A stretch of DNA of 64,000 nucleotides from an uncultured Clostridium sp. (GTDB taxonomy: Bacteria > Bacillota > Clostridia > Lachnospirales > Lachnospiraceae). Each line of letters opens with the position of its first letter. Positions within the stretch are counted from its first letter, which is position 1. The notes under the pieces are model-generated. The model ran no database searches and was not told where the DNA came from. It worked only from the letters and a program-made list of their open reading frames with translations. The DNA lies in contig CABTYG010000003.1 in the NCBI GenBank assembly GCA_902488975.1, forward strand, positions 48,723 through 112,722, read 5' to 3'. A program made the position numbers and the translations under genes. Of this stretch, positions 44,104 to 53,190 are shown piece after piece.

Positions 44104-44309
44104 TACTTTTCTATAATTATACTCAGTTGATTTTCAAAACTACAAAATGATATCTTGTCCTACTTTAAAATTTGTTATTTTAATTAATTTTACATAAAAT
44201 TATGCACATTTACTTAAAACTCCACATAGTATATATCAAAACAAATTTTAAAAAATGGGGTTTTATACAGTCTTGTATAATATTACTCATTTTTACGTAA
44301 GGAGTATCT

Positions 44310-45236
44310 ATGAAAGTTAAAGGTTTGGATACCGGATATCTTTATACCAAAGATAATGATAGAAGAATTTTCAGATCCTGTTATAGTAAATCATCTATTG
44401 CAATGGGAAGTACATCTTTAATTTCTATTGATGGTGTAGATTTTTCTGTAGGGGCAGGAGATAGAACAGTAGATGTTGACAAAACAAATTCCAAATTGAC
44501 TGAAGTATGTGTTTTAACTAATTTGGCTATGACGGGATCAGATGATTACAATCTAGTAGTGGGATTACCAATAGGCCAGTTTAAATCTCAAAAAGATAAA
44601 TTCAAAGAAACAATACTTGGATACAATAGCAGATATGTAGTTTATCGTGGCGAAGAAATGAAAATTAAGATTAATGATGCGTTTGTATTCCCTCAAGGGA
44701 TAGGAGCATTAATGAGTCTTAATGATTTTAGAAATGATGCTATTATATTTGACTTTGGTGGTTTGACAATAGATTTAGCTTATATAGAAATGGTTTGTGG
44801 CAATCCTGTACTAATCAAATACGATACATGGACTGAAGGCATTCAGAAAATTTATTCTAAATTGATAGATCAGGTTAACTATAAATTCAATTTATCTTTG
44901 TCTTTGGATTATGGTGAAAAAATTCTTACAAATGATTTGGTTATTAACGGTGTAGTACATTCTAAAGACTTCTTGTTGCCAACTTTGAGCCAATACCTGG
45001 AACCTATATTGACAGAATATCAGTTAAATTATCCATGTAAAACTACCCGTACATACTTGAGTGGTGGATCTGCTGTAATATTCAAAGATATATTCATGAA
45101 GAGATTTCCTAATACAGTACTTGTTGAGAATAGCCAGTTTGCAAATGCTATTGGTTACTATAAAGTGGGTTGTCAAAAATTTGGTAATCCAGATGCTATT
45201 AAACCAACATCATATGCTTGTATAAATAGGAGGTAG
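44310..45236 (+). CDS. parM: ParM/StbA-family actin-like ATPase
   Basis: GLDTGYLYTK, VVGLP, FPQG, FDFGGLTID, LSGGSA, QFANAIGY. Confidence 0.88.
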   Translation: MKVKGLDTGYLYTKDNDRRIFRSCYSKSSIAMGSTSLISIDGVDFSVGAGDRTVDVDKTNSKLTEVCVLTNLAMTGSDDYNLVVGLPIGQFKSQKDKFKETILGYNSRYVVYRGEEMKIKINDAFVFPQGIGALMSLNDFRNDAIIFDFGGLTIDLAYIEMVCGNPVLIKYDTWTEGIQKIYSKLIDQVNYKFNLSLSLDYGEKILTNDLVINGVVHSKDFLLPTLSQYLEPILTEYQLNYPCKTTRTYLSGGSAVIFKDIFMKRFPNTVLVENSQFANAIGYYKVGCQKFGNPDAIKPTSYACINRR

Positions 45237-45238
45237 TT

Positions 45239-45523
45239 ATGGAAAAATCTAAGAAATCAGAAAGTAATGTAATACCATTGTCTTTTAGGAAGGATGAAGT
45301 TGAAACATTACATGAGATTAAATTGTTGTCTAAACCAGGAACAGTTTCTGGGTGGATTAAAGATGCAATTTTAATGAAACTAGAATATGAACGAAACAGG
45401 GGGAGTTTTCAATATCAATATGATAATTCAAGGATAAATCAAGATATTCCAACAATGAATCAACCACATAATAATTCCGATCCGTTGCCGTTTAATGTAG
45501 ATAATTTTCTTGATTCATTTTAG
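45239..45523 (+). CDS. ParR-like adaptor
   Basis: Small gene directly after parM; PLSFRKDE...SGWIKDAI ribbon-helix-helix-like. Confidence 0.55.
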   Translation: MEKSKKSESNVIPLSFRKDEVETLHEIKLLSKPGTVSGWIKDAILMKLEYERNRGSFQYQYDNSRINQDIPTMNQPHNNSDPLPFNVDNFLDSF

Positions 45524-45532
45524 ATTGGAGGA

Positions 45533-46804
45533 TTGCTTGTGAAGAATGTCCGCATGAGTATTATGTATAATAGCTGCTATGCATTAGTTGGTGGGTTAGC
45601 ATTGGATATGGCAGCAAATACATTTAACTTTCAGGAGCCTATATTTACAACAATATTAAAGATTGGTGGAGTATTAGGGCTAACCTACTATGGGATGACG
45701 TATAGTAAATTCACAAGGATATTTGAAAATCTACAACTTGGTATACAAAACATGTACCCTATTCAAGTAGGTTGCAAGACCACAGATATAAGTAAAACAT
45801 ATAAGTTTACATTGCCTACTGGTTTAGCTGTAAGTCAAATTGAAAGTAAAAAAGAGCCAATGGAACAATGGTTAGGTAAAAAAATAAAGATAGAGTACAT
45901 TAATAGGGGATTATTTATTATTGAGGTGTTTCTTGATTCTTCAGATAAAATGTATGACTACGATGAAACACTGGAGGTAGATGGAGAGATTGCATTCCCA
46001 ATGGGCTACGATGTACATGGTAAATTAGTTACTTGCTGCTTATCTAGTGGTGGTAACTACACACATATGATGATTGCAGGATCTACCGGTGGTGGTAAAT
46101 CTGTATTATTAAAAGTAATTTCAACATACTTAATTACAAAGAAATCAATTGATATGTACTTAGTAGATTTAAAGGGAACTGAATTATCAATATTTGAAAA
46201 CTGTGCTTGTGTAAAAGAGATTTGCTATGATACTGAATCTGTAATAAGAGTACTTCAAGAAATTTCAGCCATAATGAAACAAAGATATGAGACATTTAGA
46301 AAACACGGAGTAAGAGATATTAAGTCCTATAATAAGATGTTTAAACATAAAAAAATGAAACATATTGTGGTGGCTATTGATGAATTTTCTGAGCTAATGG
46401 AAGATGATGAATCACAAAGAGAATTAGAAAGACTATCTGCATTAAGTAGAAGTGCTGGTATATCCATTATTGTCTCAACCCAACGACCAGATAGTAAAGT
46501 GGTTAGTTCTCGTATAAAGAATAACTTTATGACAGTGGCAGGATTAAAGACCAATACTGATATTAACTCTAGGATTATTATGGATAATGATTCATTGACC
46601 GACTTACGTGGTAATGGACATTGTATACTCCGTTACGAAAATAAGGATTTGGAATTACAAGGTATGTTCATTAGTGATGACCAGATAGAACAATTAATTA
46701 AACCTTTTACGGTTAAAAAAGTTAAGAGTAAACCAAAAACAATGTCAGAAGATCAAAGTCATGAAATTGACAGTTTTGATTTTCTAAGGGAGTTGTCAAA
46801 ATGA
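45533..46804 (+). CDS. FtsK/SpoIIIE-family ATPase with N-terminal membrane segment
   Basis: HMMIAGSTGGGKS, VAIDEF, STQRP, LRGNGH. Confidence 0.9.
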   Translation: MLVKNVRMSIMYNSCYALVGGLALDMAANTFNFQEPIFTTILKIGGVLGLTYYGMTYSKFTRIFENLQLGIQNMYPIQVGCKTTDISKTYKFTLPTGLAVSQIESKKEPMEQWLGKKIKIEYINRGLFIIEVFLDSSDKMYDYDETLEVDGEIAFPMGYDVHGKLVTCCLSSGGNYTHMMIAGSTGGGKSVLLKVISTYLITKKSIDMYLVDLKGTELSIFENCACVKEICYDTESVIRVLQEISAIMKQRYETFRKHGVRDIKSYNKMFKHKKMKHIVVAIDEFSELMEDDESQRELERLSALSRSAGISIIVSTQRPDSKVVSSRIKNNFMTVAGLKTNTDINSRIIMDNDSLTDLRGNGHCILRYENKDLELQGMFISDDQIEQLIKPFTVKKVKSKPKTMSEDQSHEIDSFDFLRELSK

Positions 46805-47358
46805 TGTTAACCAGAAGAGATTTAGATATAATCTATTTTCTTGAAGACTATAAGGTGGCCAGTACACAAACATTAAAAGAGTTATTTTTCCCAAGCTTAA
46901 GCGCTTGTAGAAAAAGATTAAAAATATTATATGATAATAAAAGAGTGCAGCGTGTTAGACCACATTTGAACCATGACTATGAGTATTTTATAAAAAAACC
47001 AAAGCGTTATACACATTGTCTATTAGCCACAGAATTCTACAGAGAGCTATTAAAACAGAGTAAAGTAGATACATTCCTAGTGGATAAGGAATTAGGTAAT
47101 ATACGACCAGATGCTATTTTTGGATATGAGTTAAATGCTAAAAAGTATGTAGGATTATTAGAAGTTGAAATTAGCAATAATGGATTCAATTATGAAAAAT
47201 ATGAAAATTTTTATAGTAGTGGTGATTATAGGAAATTCTTTCCTGTAATGCCAACTGTGTATATGATTTATAGAAATGGTAAACAACCACAAGATACAAA
47301 GGTTAAATATATAAGGCTAAATATCAATCTAGATAACTTTAAATTGTCCCCATCATAA
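46801..47358 (+). CDS. replication-relaxation (Replic_Relax) family protein
   Basis: LTRRDLDII...RKRLKIL...H.L...IRPDA...LEVE; usual partner of this FtsK. Confidence 0.75.
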   Translation: MMLTRRDLDIIYFLEDYKVASTQTLKELFFPSLSACRKRLKILYDNKRVQRVRPHLNHDYEYFIKKPKRYTHCLLATEFYRELLKQSKVDTFLVDKELGNIRPDAIFGYELNAKKYVGLLEVEISNNGFNYEKYENFYSSGDYRKFFPVMPTVYMIYRNGKQPQDTKVKYIRLNINLDNFKLSPS

Positions 47359-47377
47359 CTGGTGGGGATTTCCTTTT
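47346..47377 (+). terminator. intrinsic terminator
   Basis: TCCCCATCA-TAAC-TGGTGGGGA followed by T-rich tail. Confidence 0.6.
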
Positions 47378-47576
47378 GCCTATCACTTTACTATTCTCTT
47401 ATCTATCACTTCGGGAGAGTAGTCTATATATCTCAAAGCCAGTGTTTAATAGGGTTTATTTTTTTACTAGGTAGATAAATGTGAGAAGAGGAGAGAATGG
47501 GGAGAGTTGAGAGTGTTGCTACTTTAGTTTGTATAAATAATAAAATGTAGGTAATGATAAAAGCGAGGTGAAATAA

Positions 47577-48110
47577 ATGAGTATAGCATTGGTTGGAATA
47601 ACAATAGTTGTTTTATTAATAATTCTTAATAGAAATCATAACGCAGTCCAAGGTGACATAGGTGAGAAATTAGTTGCTAATGAATTAACCTTGTTGCCAG
47701 ATGAATACAGAGTTAAGAATAGTATTGATAATATAATTAATGTTAATGGATATCAGATAGATCATGTTGTGGTAAACGATAAATACAAAGTAATTTACGT
47801 AATAGAGACAAAAAATTGGCATGGATCTGTCAAAGGGACAATAAATTCTGAGAAATGGATTATCAATGATAAAATAGAATGTGGTAATCCAATTATACAA
47901 AATGAATTACATTGTAAAGCTGTGAGAAATAAATATAAAAATTATGATATAGTAACTATTATATTATTTACCCAATATGATGTCAAAATTCAATGCAAAT
48001 CAAAAATGATATTACGATTAGATGAATTAATTAACTATATTGAAAACGATATTAAATCAAGAGAAAATCGTGTATATAATTATTGCGGTAGTAAAACATC
48101 ATTAAATTGA
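47577..48110 (+). CDS. NERD-domain nuclease-related protein with N-terminal membrane anchor
   Basis: GDIGEKLV, QIDHVVV, VIETKNWHG, NPIIQNELH. Confidence 0.88.
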   Translation: MSIALVGITIVVLLIILNRNHNAVQGDIGEKLVANELTLLPDEYRVKNSIDNIINVNGYQIDHVVVNDKYKVIYVIETKNWHGSVKGTINSEKWIINDKIECGNPIIQNELHCKAVRNKYKNYDIVTIILFTQYDVKIQCKSKMILRLDELINYIENDIKSRENRVYNYCGSKTSLN

Positions 48111-48130
48111 TTAAATTTCAATTTTAAGTT

Positions 48131-48593
48131 TTAGGCATACAAATTATCAATGGAAGTGTTACAGTTGAAATTAGACACGGTTTTATGCGTTTAAGTATAG
48201 TAATCTATACCAAGGGATATGTTGTGAGTGGGGATTGAAATAAATAGATACATTGGATTAATTTCCAGTGTATTTTTTATGTGTAAAAATAGATATGTGC
48301 TTTAAAGTGCTTTAAAATGATTTTTAAGACGTTTTAGTGTTTAGGTAAGGATTATATCAAGTGAGGTATTATAATTCAAATTTAGGTCATTTACGACGCT
48401 TTTACCCTCGTAAAGTACCCCTAAGATGATTGTGAAAATGATGCGGTGTAAAATAAGCCCCTACTATTTAGAAAGTAGGTCATAATTTATTGTTTTAATT
48501 ATTACTTGTCTAAAATCAATCTCACAGAAAAATAAGGTATTATATTTTTTAAGCAAGGATTATATCATCTGAGTAGTTACAATTGAAATTTAC
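48131..48593 (+). repeat. three degenerate ~45-bp direct repeats at ~209-bp spacing
   Basis: Copies start at 48131, 48341, 48549; consensus about TTARGYAAGGATTATATCA..TGAG...TTACAATTGAAATT. Confidence 0.6.
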
Positions 48594-49564
48594 CATTAAA
48601 ATCGAAGATTTGCCCATTATATTTGGGTAAGAGAGCAGCGAGTATAATGTGTGGTGAAATTATTAATTAATTTATAAATTAATTTTGGAATTGAATTTTG
48701 ATTTTAATATTTAGCTGATATAATTCATTTCTGGAGAGTTTTCATTGATTTTTGGTCAAAATTGATGATTATATGATGGAATTTTTAAGATGAATTTATG
48801 GTCATTATGAGTGACAAATGATAAAGAATGTAGATATAGTTAGTGTTTGTGTGATTATTTGTGTTAAAATCATGTGTGAAAATTAGTGGAGTTCGGTGAG
48901 ATGATCCTAAATGTGCTAGAAAAGCTAGTGTTTATAAGGGGTTGAAGTGATTTTTGATTGAATAGTTCCGAAGGTGTTTTAGTACATAAATCGTAAAAAT
49001 AGGGTTAGTTCGATAGAATGCAGTAAAATCAATGGTTGTAGCGATTTCAGGTGGTAAAATGGGTGTTTTTGAGTGATTTTGGTCAAGTTGAAAATGCGTA
49101 AAGTGGCTTAAACACTGGGTTCTGTCGAACTCGCTATCGAACTCAATAGGGGTAAAATAGGGAGAAATAGAGGGATGTTTGAAATTTTAAGGTGACGTGT
49201 GAGTGGAACAGATAGCCTGGTTTCAACCAGTCGATTAATGTCGCAAAATGTAAATATACCCCCTATATATGCTTGATCCGAAAACGCTGTAATGCTTGTA
49301 TTTACTGGTGTTGCAAGGTAAATCCATTTCAAAAAAGATGATTTTATGAAATAGAATTTTAATGAAAAATACCAGTAAATCATATTTATTTTGATACTCA
49401 TCTAATTGGAATCAATATTTAGTTAGATGGTTATCTAATCAGTTCGTTATTGATATGACAAGTTTAATTGTCAATATGTCGTATATATTTGACATATCAT
49501 AATACTATCAATTCAATATCATCATGATATCATTTTGATATCACTTTATCAGTTATAACATTCC

Positions 49565-49601
49565 ACATAAATCTAAAATACTTTACATAAATCTAAAATA
49601 C
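49565..49601 (+). repeat. perfect 17-bp direct repeat, 20-bp period
   Basis: ACATAAATCTAAAATAC at 49565 and 49585. Confidence 0.8.
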
Positions 49602-49707
49602 ATTTACTTGATCCAGTGAGCTATCTCAATATACATATCTGACCATAATTATAAGAATGTCTTGACTATGACCAAACTATAATTTATAATAACCTTACTG
49701 GAAATAT

Positions 49708-49929
49708 TTACTTATCATTAGGCACGATATCAATCATCAATTGGCAATCAAGTGCATTACATATATCTTGCAATGTATTAATACTAATATTGCTTTGCTT
49801 AAATATGTTACTGGTAGCTTGTTTAGATTTACTCAATCTATTACTTAATTCTTGTTGTGATATTTCCTCATCAATCATAATGTGTTTAACTAGCTTGAAT
49901 AATTCATTTATATTATTTTCATATACCAT
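49708..49929 (-). CDS. XRE-family HTH repressor
   Basis: ISQQELSNRLSKSKQATSNIF...LQDICNALDC; divergent from the early region. Confidence 0.8.
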   Translation of the reverse strand: MVYENNINELFKLVKHIMIDEEISQQELSNRLSKSKQATSNIFKQSNISINTLQDICNALDCQLMIDIVPNDK

Positions 49930-49967
49930 TTTTTATCAACTCCTAATCTAATAATGAAATTGATAAG

Positions 49968-49996
49968 AGTATATCACGATAGGATCAAAATGTCAA
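49968..49996 (-). promoter_or_regulatory. sigmaA promoter of XRE gene
   Basis: TTGACA-17 nt-TATACT with TGn. Confidence 0.7.
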
Positions 49997-50088
49997 AGTT
50001 AAAATTTATTAGTCAATATATACATATACTAATACAAATATTTGTGCACTATTTCAGCTAAAACCATATGAAAAAGTAAATATATATG

Positions 50089-50117
50089 TTGACGGATTCG
50101 TATATTCATGATATAAT
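50089..50117 (+). promoter_or_regulatory. strong sigmaA early promoter
   Basis: TTGACG-17 nt-TATAAT with TGn. Confidence 0.8.
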
Positions 50118-50175
50118 AGACTTACAAGGTTAGTTAATAAATGACTTGCAGCCAAACCAATAGGAGGATAAAAAA

Positions 50176-50451
50176 ATGAAAGCAATACCTAGTTTCAAAT
50201 CTTTACAAGATGCTACAACTTATTTACAAGAAAAATTTAATCGTACAGATTTTACTTGCACTGAGATACCATATCAGGAAATGGACGGAGTTGTATTTTG
50301 TATATGTACAGAAAAAATGGAGTACCAAACAGCAAGTATTGAACTTGACAATGAGAGTATAACTTTTGTTTTTGATGATATGCAAGGTAATCAAGTTATT
50401 TGTGATGATTTAGATGAGTTATTTGAAAAATCTAATAATTTTACTTATTAG
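50176..50451 (+). CDS. acidic hypothetical protein, first early gene
   Basis: AGGAGG RBS; ORF track. Confidence 0.7.
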   Translation: MKAIPSFKSLQDATTYLQEKFNRTDFTCTEIPYQEMDGVVFCICTEKMEYQTASIELDNESITFVFDDMQGNQVICDDLDELFEKSNNFTY

Positions 50452-50503
50452 TTGCCTGATGAGTCTTTGAAAATTAAGACGAAACCCTTTAAAGGGTCGC
50501 AAC
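50451..50503 (+). ncRNA. type I hammerhead ribozyme
   Basis: Stem I GUUGC/GCAAC; core CUGAUGA; stem II GUCUU/AAGAC; GAAA; stem III CCC/GGG; GUC cleavage triplet ending at 50498. Confidence 0.92.
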
Positions 50504-51552
50504 GCTGGTTAGGGTATCAGCTACAAAACAGAACGGATCAACTTTAAACTAAATAATAAAGGGTCAGATTCAATGGCATAGCGTAAAATCACTTTATTAT
50601 CGAATCAAGTGGCAAGATTCAATTGTTATAAAATCGGCTTGAGGTTAGCCTTCCATGATGGGCTTGTAAAAAATACACATAAGGACGGTCACAACGTGAG
50701 AGTGTAACGGTTTTTCTAGTTTTAGCAAGTAAACATAATAAACTAGGTTATCCCTCAAGTCATCAATGGGATGTAAAACAATTGTGATGCATGGTGTATG
50801 GTGGAATCACCTAAACAATGATAGTCACCTGGTTTTTAAAGATGCAGTTTTACCATATAAAACGCATGTATGAGCGTCAGCATTCCTAGAACGCTGGGTA
50901 AGAAAACGAATGCAGGGAGCGAACATAATGCAAGTGTTAGTTTGGGAGATAACTAATACCTTCCTAGACTACTATAAAGAGTAGTGAAAACAAATAAGCG
51001 GTTAACATAGCAAACCGAGCGGTGGGAACGACTAGCAAACCCGATGAAAGTCGCAAGCTATAACGAAAACAATAAACAGTATATTAACAGCGGTGAAGCT
51101 GATTACATATAAACAGAACGGATCAACAAGTCAGTAGCGAAACTGATTACATATTGAATGTGAACGGATTTACTACTTTGAACATTGAAAACTGAATTCT
51201 TCCCAAACAGACATGGATTGGAAATCTAAACTGTAAAGTGTGTAAATCATTTGAGAAGTGGGTCATGAACTAACAATAATAATTACTGAATATAATTATA
51301 AGAAACATTTGATTGGAGATAATCAATATAAACAGAACGGAAACACCCAATAATTAAAGTGGATTATTACTTAAAACGGAATCACTGAATATAATTATAA
51401 GAAAGAATTTAATGCAACTATACTATGCTAGTAAGCCAACTGAAATAACCTCTGATAGCTGAATTTGATTAGGATATACTCGAAAGAATGGAGCATAAAA
51501 CGAAAAGCAAAAATTAACTGTTGTCACTTGCTAGTATAAATATTTACATTAA
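50504..51552 (+). ncRNA. long structured non-coding region (unassigned)
   Basis: No ORF in the track; nested long-range helices, many hairpins and repeated units (see findings). Confidence 0.55.
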
Positions 51553-51586
51553 CGAAACCAATTTTAAATCATAGGAGGATTTAACC

Positions 51587-51958
51587 ATGCAAAAACCAAA
51601 CGTAAAAGATACATCATTATTCATCTGTCAACTACCACAAGATATACAAGAACAAATTAAACAAGACTTAGAAACATATGCAAAAGAAAACGAAATCACT
51701 TTAGAAGTTGACGAAGTTACTGGAGAATATTTAGCAATGCAAGATAGATTTTGTAACATAGAAGAAATTTACAATATCACAGAATCAACTATAGTTTCAA
51801 GTTTGCCAAAAGAAATACAAGACGAAATTATCAATGAAGTTTCTGATTATCATTTTTCTAATGGTAACGGAATCTTAACAAAAGAGGATAAAGAAACAAT
51901 TTTAAACAGTAGTTTAGGAGACTTAGAGAACGTAATTGAATTAGAGAATTATTTGTAA
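51587..51958 (+). CDS. acidic hypothetical protein with internal duplication
   Basis: AGGAGG RBS; ICQLPQDIQEQI and VSSLPKEIQDEI repeats. Confidence 0.7.
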   Translation: MQKPNVKDTSLFICQLPQDIQEQIKQDLETYAKENEITLEVDEVTGEYLAMQDRFCNIEEIYNITESTIVSSLPKEIQDEIINEVSDYHFSNGNGILTKEDKETILNSSLGDLENVIELENYL

Positions 51959-51995
51959 CAAACTAACATTTTATAACAATATGGGGGGATGAGAA

Positions 51996-52163
51996 ATGAA
52001 ACATATTTATAAAGTAGTTAAAATTTATGACGGAAACAAAACATTAGCAACATTTAAGACAAGAAAAGGAGCGGAAAACTTCATAAAAAAGAATGATAAA
52101 TCCAGAGGGATTCCATTCGACATTGAAAAATTAATTATTGAAACTAGACTTTTAATTGCATAA
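51996..52163 (+). CDS. small hypothetical protein (55 aa)
   Basis: Own translation MKHIYKVVKIYDGNKTLATFKTRKGAENF...; G-rich RBS. Confidence 0.6.
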   Translation: MKHIYKVVKIYDGNKTLATFKTRKGAENFIKKNDKSRGIPFDIEKLIIETRLLIA

Positions 52164-52181
52164 AAATGGAGGATCAAAAAA

Positions 52182-52343
52182 ATGGATGAAAGAAAACTGG
52201 ACTTAGTATTTTTCAAATGTTATGAGCAAGGAATAGACGTTGACTACGAAACAATTTATACAATAGCAAGCCAAAATAGTGCAAAAGATATCTACAAGGC
52301 ATATAGTCGTGTAGTTAGAATGAAAAGAAGAGGTTTAATATAA
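52182..52343 (+). CDS. small hypothetical protein (53 aa)
   Basis: Own translation MDERKLDLVFFKCYEQG...; GGAGG RBS. Confidence 0.6.
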   Translation: MDERKLDLVFFKCYEQGIDVDYETIYTIASQNSAKDIYKAYSRVVRMKRRGLI

Positions 52344-52344
52344 A

Positions 52345-52419
52345 AGCAGATAGGAGGGACTTAGTAGTCCCTTTAATGCTACTTATCTATAATACATAGG
52401 TAAAAGGTCTAAAGTCCTT
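52345..52419 (+). ncRNA. twister ribozyme, circularly permuted (type P5-like)
   Basis: P2 AGCA/UGCU; conserved GA; T2 UAGG/UCUA; P1 GGGAC/GUCCC closed by a loop; U|AA cleavage site at 52374/52375; T1 AC/GU; P3 UUAUCUAU/AUAGGUAA; P4 AAGG/CCUU. Confidence 0.85.
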
Positions 52420-52454
52420 AATAGCAGATAATAAACATTTGGAGGTATTAAACA

Positions 52455-52844
52455 ATGGTTAATATTAGTTTAAATTATGGGAGGATATTACAACTATCAA
52501 TATATATGGAAAGTGATATAAAATCCATAGCTGAAAGATATCGTGACATATCATGGAAGTATCAAGAGACATGTAAATATAATGAAGATATGGAGAAAAG
52601 TAAACGTTCTTTTAATACAGATTATGGGATAACAAAGGAATACTACGAATCATATACAAAAGATTTACAAATAAGACAGTATGAAAAATTCATTGAATTA
52701 AAGAGACTTGTAAACGATTGCAAAGAACAAAACGGCGGTCATGGATATATTGGATATACTAGAGGACTTGAAAAAGAATTGATTCGTTTTAATCCGTCTT
52801 ATGATAGCGTATCTGAAATGCTAGAGAGATTAAAAACAGCGTAA
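52455..52844 (+). CDS. hypothetical protein
   Basis: GGAGG RBS. Confidence 0.65.
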   Translation: MVNISLNYGRILQLSIYMESDIKSIAERYRDISWKYQETCKYNEDMEKSKRSFNTDYGITKEYYESYTKDLQIRQYEKFIELKRLVNDCKEQNGGHGYIGYTRGLEKELIRFNPSYDSVSEMLERLKTA

Positions 52845-52913
52845 GTATGGGTGTTTAGATTAAAATATTATTATAGAATCCTTGTTTTATTGCAAGGTAG
52901 AAAGAAGGGCCCA

Positions 52914-53144
52914 ATGAAAAATACAGGCAGCATAGATAAAATTATAAGTGAATTATCAATGAAAGATTATTTAGTAATGAATCCAGTTGTAAACGGAAAG
53001 AAGAAGTACAAAACACACAGACCATATACATTATCAGATGAAACACTGGAAGCTTTGGAAGTAAAGAAACAATATCTAAATGAACAGATAACAGAAGAAG
53101 AGTATAAATCGTTTTGCTTACGTTACAATTTAAGGACGGCATAA
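52914..53144 (+). CDS. hypothetical protein (ORF track 52851-53144)
   Basis: ATG 52914 after GAAGGG. Confidence 0.55.
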   Translation: MKNTGSIDKIISELSMKDYLVMNPVVNGKKKYKTHRPYTLSDETLEALEVKKQYLNEQITEEEYKSFCLRYNLRTA

Positions 53145-53190
53145 ACAAGTAATCAAACAATTATTTCATTATAAAAACGGAGGTTTTAAC

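Noticed and set aside
50503..50545. Pistol ribozyme-like start (GGUUAGGG hairpin followed by an A-rich linker)
   Set aside because: No downstream CCCUAA pseudoknot partner or remaining pistol core
50504..51404. Possible CRISPR array
   Set aside because: Repeats are short, degenerate and irregularly spaced with no uniform spacers, and no cas genes are in the window
51452..51510. Second hammerhead (CUGAUAG...CGAAA)
   Set aside because: Core deviates from CUGANGA and stems II and III cannot be formed convincingly
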